From the NCBI RefSeq assembly GCF_052425735.1, contig NC_135768.1, positions 16,120,001 to 16,184,000 of the forward strand: a stretch of 64,000 nucleotides of DNA. Reading direction: 5' to 3'. Source of the stretch: Oculina patagonica (Eukaryota). Positions within the stretch are counted from its first letter, which is position 1. Each line of letters opens with the position of its first letter. The translations under genes were made by a program, and so were the position numbers. Shown in pieces: positions 60,401 to 64,000 of the stretch. The notes under the pieces were generated by a model. The model did no database searches and was not told the origin of the DNA. It saw nothing but the letters and a program-made list of their open reading frames with translations.

Positions 60401-62717
60401 CTTCGTAACCAGTCAGCTTGATGTCTGGAATAGCGGGTGGCTGCCACTGTACCACGATACTGGACGAGCTGGTATTGTAGGCTCTAACATTTGCTGGTGT
60501 TTCGGTAATTGCTAGGCAAACAAAAATAAGTGCTTGTCATTCACATCAGAAGGTGAAACAAGAAAAATAGAAAGGATAACATTTTTATTCTGAGTCCCCG
60601 AAGGGAATCGAACCCATGGCCTCCCAGATACCGGTTGGGCGCTCTAACCAACTGAGCTACGAGAGACTCGTGGTGAGCTTGGCCATTTACTAGGTTGATA
60701 TGTGACACGCGTCCTGCATACTGCTAGCATCAGCAATGTTGAATTCATCAAGTGTGTAGTAAATAATAACGATGGTAAATTTTAAGTTCGGTGATTAAAA
60801 ATGAAGACGAATTTTTCAACAATGACACGAGCATGGGACAAACAAAAATTTATTTTGCTCGTGTCATTGTGGAAAAATTCATCTTCATTATTTATCACCG
60901 AGCTTAAAATTTAAAATTTTTCTTTGTCCCATGCTCGTGTCATTGCTGAAAAATTAATGTTCATTGGTTGTCGAGATAGGTACCATAACATATAACCATA
61001 ACCATAACAAATAGCCAATCTCGCCGGTCCCTCTTAACCAGTCCGGTCATTAGCTATTGTTTTATCTGGAGAACTCATTGATCAGACAGTGTGGGAGCCG
61101 TGCGTGACATCGTGATATTGCGAGATCGCGAGATAGATCCGATATTACACATAGGCAGGATCACGGACGACCATTAAATTAAAAGCATTGTAAAAATAGC
61201 CCACATTTTCAGGTGGTACATCAAAAATGGCCACCAATTAAATGCAAGCCTAGCACTTCAGCAAAGGACACTNNNNNNNNNNNNNNNNNNNNNNNNNNNN
61301 NNNNNNNNNNNNNNNNNNNNNNNNNNNNNNNNNNNNNNNNNNNNNNNNNNNNNNNNNNNNNNNNNNNNNNNNNNNNNNNNNNNNNNNNNNNNNNNNNNNN
61401 NNNNNNNNNNNNTAAAAACGGGCAAACAAGCGGCCCTCGGATTACAAATTACAACTAAATTAATATATACATTTTACAAAGTGCCATTTCATGCAGTGCC
61501 AGCCTTGCATTTAATTGGTTTTCCTAGACGTTACAGTGACGTCTGTAATAAGCATGTCTACAAAAAGAGATCCCGCAATAAGAAGTTCTGGGTTTTACTC
61601 TGCGGTATTTGGTTCCCTGCATTCAGAGTTTCATATATTGGCCACCAATGGTGTTAGGTGCACAAAGCATAATGACTAAGAGGGACCCTTTGACCAATGT
61701 TTAACTACATACGTTGTCCGGGCGTGGTGAAGAGTTGAACGCTGCTTTTATTCCCAAAGTTTGGGCTGGCCAGAGCACGTTGTACACAGTACTTGTATGT
61801 ACTGGACTCTTGAAGATCGCAAATCTCTACTTGATTTATCGAGGAGCCTACCATCTTCGTTTTTGATAACGAAGATTGGTCACTGAAGTCATAGTACACT
61901 ACATATCCTGCAAAAAGTGCAGACTTCTCTGGTGGTACACCATTCCACTGGATTGTAACGCACGAAGACGTTACACTTACTACTGATATGTTCTCAGGAG
62001 GTGCAACTGGGAGAGAAAGACACGGACACAATTAGTCACGTCATAAGGGAAGGACAATTATTTTTTTGGAGGAGGGGGGATCAAAATTGTTTCAAGACAA
62101 CTTTTCCGGCTGCATCTTCCTGCAGACGAAGTTTTTTGATGTCTGCAAACAATTTATTTGGGCTTTTTGCTTTTGCAAACAAATTTTATCAGGATTTTTG
62201 ATCCCCCCTCAAAAAATAATGGTCCATCCCTAATTAAAGGCCATTTGCTCACATGTAAAACCTTTTTCACATTACAAGCTCAAAGGTAAAGTGAGCTCTG
62301 AAGTGAACATTGCCTATTTTGCTCAAAAAAGTAATACAAATTTACCCCCTACCAAAAAAGGGATATCTTAAATTCTTTTAATGATCCTCTCAGATCTGCA
62401 ACACACGTTGGCAGCATTTATAAGCCCCTTGTAAAATTCATTAATAATTCATGAGGGTGCAAACCAATCCCAGCACAGTATTCAGATCACATGTACACAG
62501 CTGTAAACCCCCATACAAATCAATCAATAGAATTAACTTTTGATACAAACTCCTGCTCAGCTAATTAGTATTTATTAACTTTTGATACAGATCTCTACTG
62601 ATTCGCATAATAATACTTTGCATTCAATTTATTGTTTTCATTTCACAAGTAGAATAAAATATTCGCGTCCGATCTGTATGGGCGTTTACAATGGCGAGCC
62701 GATAGGCTCGCCATTGT

Positions 62718-62760
<43 letters not shown>

Positions 62761-63328
62761 AAAGGAGAAGTTCACTCCAGAATGGCCATTTATTTTCTTT
62801 ACGCCAATAAAATATTTATACAAAGATATGTTATTCACCAAAATTTCAGCTTCCAACGAGCGCCAAAACCCCATAAAATCTTCAGCTGAGCGCCGCCATC
62901 TTGTAGCTGGTAATGTATGCGTGACGTCAAAGAGCTCAGCCAGAAATTTTGCGGGAAAATATAAATACTCGAAACGCCTTGTTTCTTTGTAGTGGCTTTT
63001 GTTTGTCAAAATGCCTGTTTTTGCGACTTACCAAAAGTCGTGGTGACAGCAATGATCTCACTCTGCTTTCCCGCTCCAGCCATAGTATAGGCAGCTACGG
63101 ATATGTTGTACGTAACCCATGGTTCTAATCCTGGTAAAGTGACGGAGTTCACGTGTTCGTTGATGATGGTAACATTGACTAGTTCGCTTCCTGCTTGTTC
63201 GATGTAAACCTCAAATCCCTGAAAAATGTCCCAAATTTCCAGAGGGAGGCTAGGATCGTCCCATGCGATAACTATGCTTGTATCACTGACAGTTGTTGTG
63301 CGAACATTGGTCGGAGCTTCGTTTGGAA
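36980..63328 (-). CDS. Multi-exon gene (5'-partial): FN3-repeat array fused to iGluR-topology channel with K+ selectivity filter (GluR0/AvGluR1-like core)
   Basis: 17 AG/GT-bounded exons splice in frame to ~1500 aa ending at TAG 36982-36980. Order: 10 phase-1/1 FN3 exons, S1+M1, pore (WWSFVSMTTVG|YGD), M3, S2, M4, cytoplasmic tail. No ATG or signal peptide in the window. Confidence 0.88.
38288..38686. mobile_element. TTAA-flanked MITE; second copy at ~56386-56786
   Basis: ttaa|gacggattccgctaaaagttcgagcaa ... ttgctcgaatgttcggcgggaaccatc|ttaa. Confidence 0.78.
38734..38920 (-). CDS. M4 helix exon (alternative in-frame acceptor would start at 38965)
   Basis: cag/gtaagt, phase 0-1; TLLITSALAATGVILGLLYEAV followed by basic RRIRGRQK. 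Confidence 0.82.
39633..39904 (-). CDS. S2 lobe exon
   Basis: tag/gtacgt, phase 1-0; YHTLEELSEALVNREVDGILID...YGVVIGG. Confidence 0.88.
40739..41110. repeat. ~180-bp imperfect tandem duplication inside the YR element
   Basis: 40739-40917 and 40930-41110 both run atgtgcgga.gtcgaaaa...gaggtcgtat.ttccaca. Confidence 0.85.
42181..42291 (+). CDS. Candidate first coding exon of the YR gene
   Basis: ATG..cag|gttagt, 37 codons, phase 0, joins in frame to the acceptor at 44525; no homology support. Confidence 0.3.
43192..43626. repeat. 69-bp G-rich minisatellite (~6 units; dimer of 35+34 bp subunits) inside the YR element
   Basis: Unit atgagaggtgtggctttctatggtggggttgtaattagagacagggtttactacagggtgggtgttggt; degenerate monomers upstream from ~43040. 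Confidence 0.92.
44525..47206 (+). CDS. C2H2 zinc finger / tyrosine recombinase / tandem Myb-like repeat protein
   Basis: Open frame from acceptor ttag|44525 (first ATG 44618). Zn fingers CPLRC..HLRSVH and CNEC..HLQKQH; YR motifs GHRSG, KDHKT, TLMRK, HMAH, KHY; two C-terminal helical repeats (WTEEEEKAV..DKIRG, FEEEEVTLF..DKIRG). Confidence 0.85.
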   Translation, partial: AERHIWALKGLFKSVTKRDPPATESDSSLTEMENETEESNVEAARVFTKKTKEKVRGKKVKIVLSNKRKATSTKCYSKEAKVKKVVGQSEKEDQSCSAESDSESGEDEHEEEDSSPSESGSGEDKVQVVKEIKSQVRNKFECPLRCGAKVYQLPRHLRSVHGWKAERARNAVNRFDMRHDQRNSKKPKAVREKRKQKYCNECGRKQRYLSKHLQKQHGLMKGTKQYRRALKESRPVYLWKDSLKSQVVDVESDTVSEFDETAVKTTNTKGKEKKRQNSTSLKTSLAGWQGIEIASISSAEDDKNSTMEDVQELEGTEAEDAEYLDYDEDESGGAEFNTTAFELNQDSRVMLDKFEKWILSPDGGEKDPKPASLVVRQVQKVLIMLGTENIESLFDKALIRDKFYPESRATVKAGTTISYLHSLRKFYTFAMTEDDVGISQECRKVADALYKKCGEWCKSLSKDVKRRFWEKQEEDLARLITPEKIQEFTKTEFARNQVKTLGQLIDNREKPPALGQQEYCDLRNFLFIHILSQNGHRSGVLTNSTLAEYEKMTRVDGTYMVAVKDHKTFSHHGQANLCFDESLKAWVDIYVKCARNQVDAGEESDALFLNWKGGKMSSSDLSPALTSAWRKSGMIGNDTRISGTLMRKSCTTAVRNHNKEVKGSVAAHMAHSERTADKHYHLLQKRTNSAFAARQLTTIMHGSSSPAVSSHERKGDPESIDEQDLTPTPLARQSWTEEEEKAVQEVFADQISRQSITMREVLALKETHPLLKNSENKRLLDKIRGLYRYKKTDGECLEDKQRSDDAVQDSDGNSIIGPSTNQSKTRVFEEEEVTLFKEFFKDMIQRGEKIEQKVVVQRLKENGHGHIYEKYTKQKVTDKIRGLRLTNIRQWRQ
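48145..48326. repeat. Subterminal ~20-bp repeat array (gtcgyYhagtcMac) at right end of the YR element
   Basis: About 9 spaced copies, e.g. gtcgctcagtccac, gtcgttaagtcaac, gtcgtcaagtccac. Confidence 0.8.
48358..48552 (-). mobile_element. RTE-type LINE 3' fragment with (GAT/GAC)n tail
   Basis: Minus strand encodes DRTKWRNILEALC, an RTE-like C-terminus, followed by a gatgacgatgac tail that continues at 40062-40140 beyond the YR element. Confidence 0.7.
48654..48720 (-). CDS. S2 start exon
   Basis: cag/gtaggt, phase 0-1; IGAIHGSPEYNLGVRRNALMSK. Confidence 0.85.
48902..49058 (-). CDS. Filter end and M3 helix exon
   Basis: tag/gtacat, phase 2-0; YGDRTPMSHLGRIFAVGWVLTGLVIISVTMGALTTALTTITSDSETTIYGSK. 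Confidence 0.92.
49489..49583 (-). CDS. Pore-helix exon
   Basis: cag/gtaagc, phase 0-2; DANSNSQHFPTSFIHGTWEGVWWSFVSMTTVG (too short for the ORF track). Confidence 0.92.
50243..50706 (-). CDS. Exon encoding S1 (periplasmic-binding-protein-like lobe) and M1 helix
   Basis: cag/gtaagt, phase 1-0; NYPPYV...DFSFPV...PFVESAGVAFIV followed by hydrophobic WPVIVIPLVMAYIAGVTVWIL. Confidence 0.88.
51100..51440 (+). mobile_element. RTE-type LINE 3' fragment
   Basis: WIGHTIRR, GRPRNSWRR, LARDRGEWRSFVSSLC. Confidence 0.75.
51783..52085 (-). CDS. FN3 exon 10
   Basis: tag/gtcagt, 303 bp; IFWDPI...NLEPLVIYRITVAA. Confidence 0.9.
52265..52400 (-). mobile_element. tRNA-headed SINE fragment; another at ~54620-54750
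   Basis: Shared gagag..gc.actgtgagagtaaagt.tctt core. Confidence 0.6.
52512..52695 (+). mobile_element. RTE-type LINE 3' fragment
   Basis: PEGRRRPGRPKTTWRRMVE...LAANRSG*KEKVKALC. Confidence 0.75.
52785..53072 (-). CDS. FN3 exon 9
   Basis: cag/gtaagt, 288 bp; NGIIRGY...HLRKATEYTVEVWAFN. Confidence 0.9.
53125..53330. repeat. Degenerate (GACA)n microsatellite
   Basis: cagacagacaga repeats. Confidence 0.85.
53907..54200 (-). CDS. FN3 exon 8
   Basis: cag/gtaaga, 294 bp; VTWSPI...GLRPFTLYGVQIAAF. Confidence 0.9.
54802..55098 (-). CDS. FN3 exon 7
   Basis: cag/gtaaga, 297 bp; LSWLPV...ALNVYSNYSLQARAFT. Confidence 0.9.
55124..55303. other. Assembly gap (N run)
   Basis: N characters; could hide additional FN3 exons. 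Confidence 0.99.
55519..55818 (-). CDS. FN3 exon 6
   Basis: tag/gtgaga, 300 bp; VTWQQ...NLETYTLYNVSVAGYT. Confidence 0.9.
56907..57242 (-). CDS. FN3 exon 5 (with RRRR insert)
   Basis: cag/gtaaga, 336 bp; ...HNRRRRAVS...RLDEYANYSI. Confidence 0.9.
57415..58361. mobile_element. TA-flanked TIR element (~65-bp TIRs) with a nested hairpin-headed repeat
   Basis: ta|ctaccatttgcgttcatccatgaagcgtgaacaatt ... aattgttcacgcttcatggatgaacgcaaatggtag|ta. Confidence 0.85.
58938..59234 (-). CDS. FN3 exon 4
   Basis: tag/gtgagt, 297 bp; ITWSPV...NLSKYQEYSI. Confidence 0.9.
59285..59595. repeat. Degenerate (GAAC/GAGC)n microsatellite
   Basis: gaacgagcgaacg repeats. Confidence 0.85.
60215..60511 (-). CDS. FN3 exon 3
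   Basis: tag/gtgagt, 297 bp; VQWQPP...HLEKFTEYEIMVSAFN. Confidence 0.9.
61273..61411. other. Assembly gap (N run)
   Basis: N characters. Confidence 0.99.
61713..62006 (-). CDS. FN3 exon 2
   Basis: cag/gtatgt, 294 bp; APPENISV...QW...DLQESSTY. Confidence 0.85.
62047..62230. mobile_element. Harbinger-type MITE (TAA TSD)
   Basis: taa|gggaaggacaattatttt ... aaaataatggtccatccc|taa. Confidence 0.8.
63032..63328 (-). CDS. FN3 exon 1 (in window)
   Basis: cag/gtaagt, 297 bp, phase 1-1; VPNEAPTNV...W...LPGLEPWVTYNISVAAYT. Confidence 0.9.
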
Positions 63329-64000
63329 CTGAAAGACAGAAATATTTATGTTGAATTTGGGCACTGTTCATCTGAAAGTTTAAAGGGGCTTTGTCACGGA
63401 TTTTAACAGATTTTTGAACAGCCAGAATTTTATCGTAGAAAACCTAAAAATAATGGTCCATTGTTATTAAATTGTTATGTTAGAGCACTGAAAGTGTTAA
63501 CAAGCGACTTTGGCTGCAGATGGCAAGGATGGAAATGGATTGCAGGCTAAACTTTTCAAGTCGTCACCGCGCGTCTTTTAAAAAATCGATATTAATTAAT
63601 AGCCGTAGTTTGATTTCTATCTGCAAATTAAAAGGTTATACCTTCCTTTAGATATTCAAAAGGTTAAAGTTTTGATGGGTTTATTTGCCTACCACTTATT
63701 TCCAAACAGTTTAGACCAAAAATTTGCGAAATCCCCGTGACGTAGCTCCTTTTAAAAAAACTTTCAATCTCTAGCTCAAAACATTAATTCTCCTTGTAAA
63801 ATTCATTAACTATTCATGAGGGTGCAAACCAATCCCAGCATTGTATTCAGATCACATGTACACAACTATAAACCCCAATACAAATCAAACAATAGAATTA
63901 ACTTTTGATACAGACTCCTGCTCAGCTAATTAGTATTCATTAACTTTTGATACAGATCTCTACTGATTCGCATAACAAAACTTTGCATTCAATTTATTGT

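Noticed and set aside
60594-60668. Functional tRNA gene
   Set aside because: Has A/B boxes but no convincing anticodon arm, and is embedded in a dispersed repeat

Overview
AT-rich, repeat-dense eukaryotic DNA with GT-AG introns and two assembly gaps. The repeat landscape suggests an anthozoan cnidarian such as a stony coral (inference). (1) The 3' ~1500 codons of a large minus-strand gene (63328->36980, 17 exons with consistent phases; 5' end lies beyond the window). It encodes at least 10 fibronectin type III repeats fused to an ionotropic-glutamate-receptor-topology channel (S1-M1-pore-M3-S2-M4) whose pore has an intact K+ selectivity filter (TTVGYGD). (2) In one intron of that gene, an ~8.2 kb tyrosine-recombinase (Crypton-like) element (40141-48357). 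It has an intact zinc-finger/YR/Myb-like ORF and sits inside an (ATC)n microsatellite, with 6-bp direct repeats and imperfect inverted arms. (3) A nested TE cluster at 13.7-23.7 kb: a degenerate RTE LINE with an intact, structured 5' UTR, then a Harbinger-type MITE containing a 9-bp-TSD long-TIR element, which contains a young Ty3/Gypsy element with identical 213-bp LTRs, an RVDD RT motif, a templated 104-bp insertion and an aberrant right junction. (4) Many MITEs, SINE fragments, mini- and microsatellites, and a few weakly supported small spliced gene or pseudogene candidates. All exon calls and alignments were made by eye.
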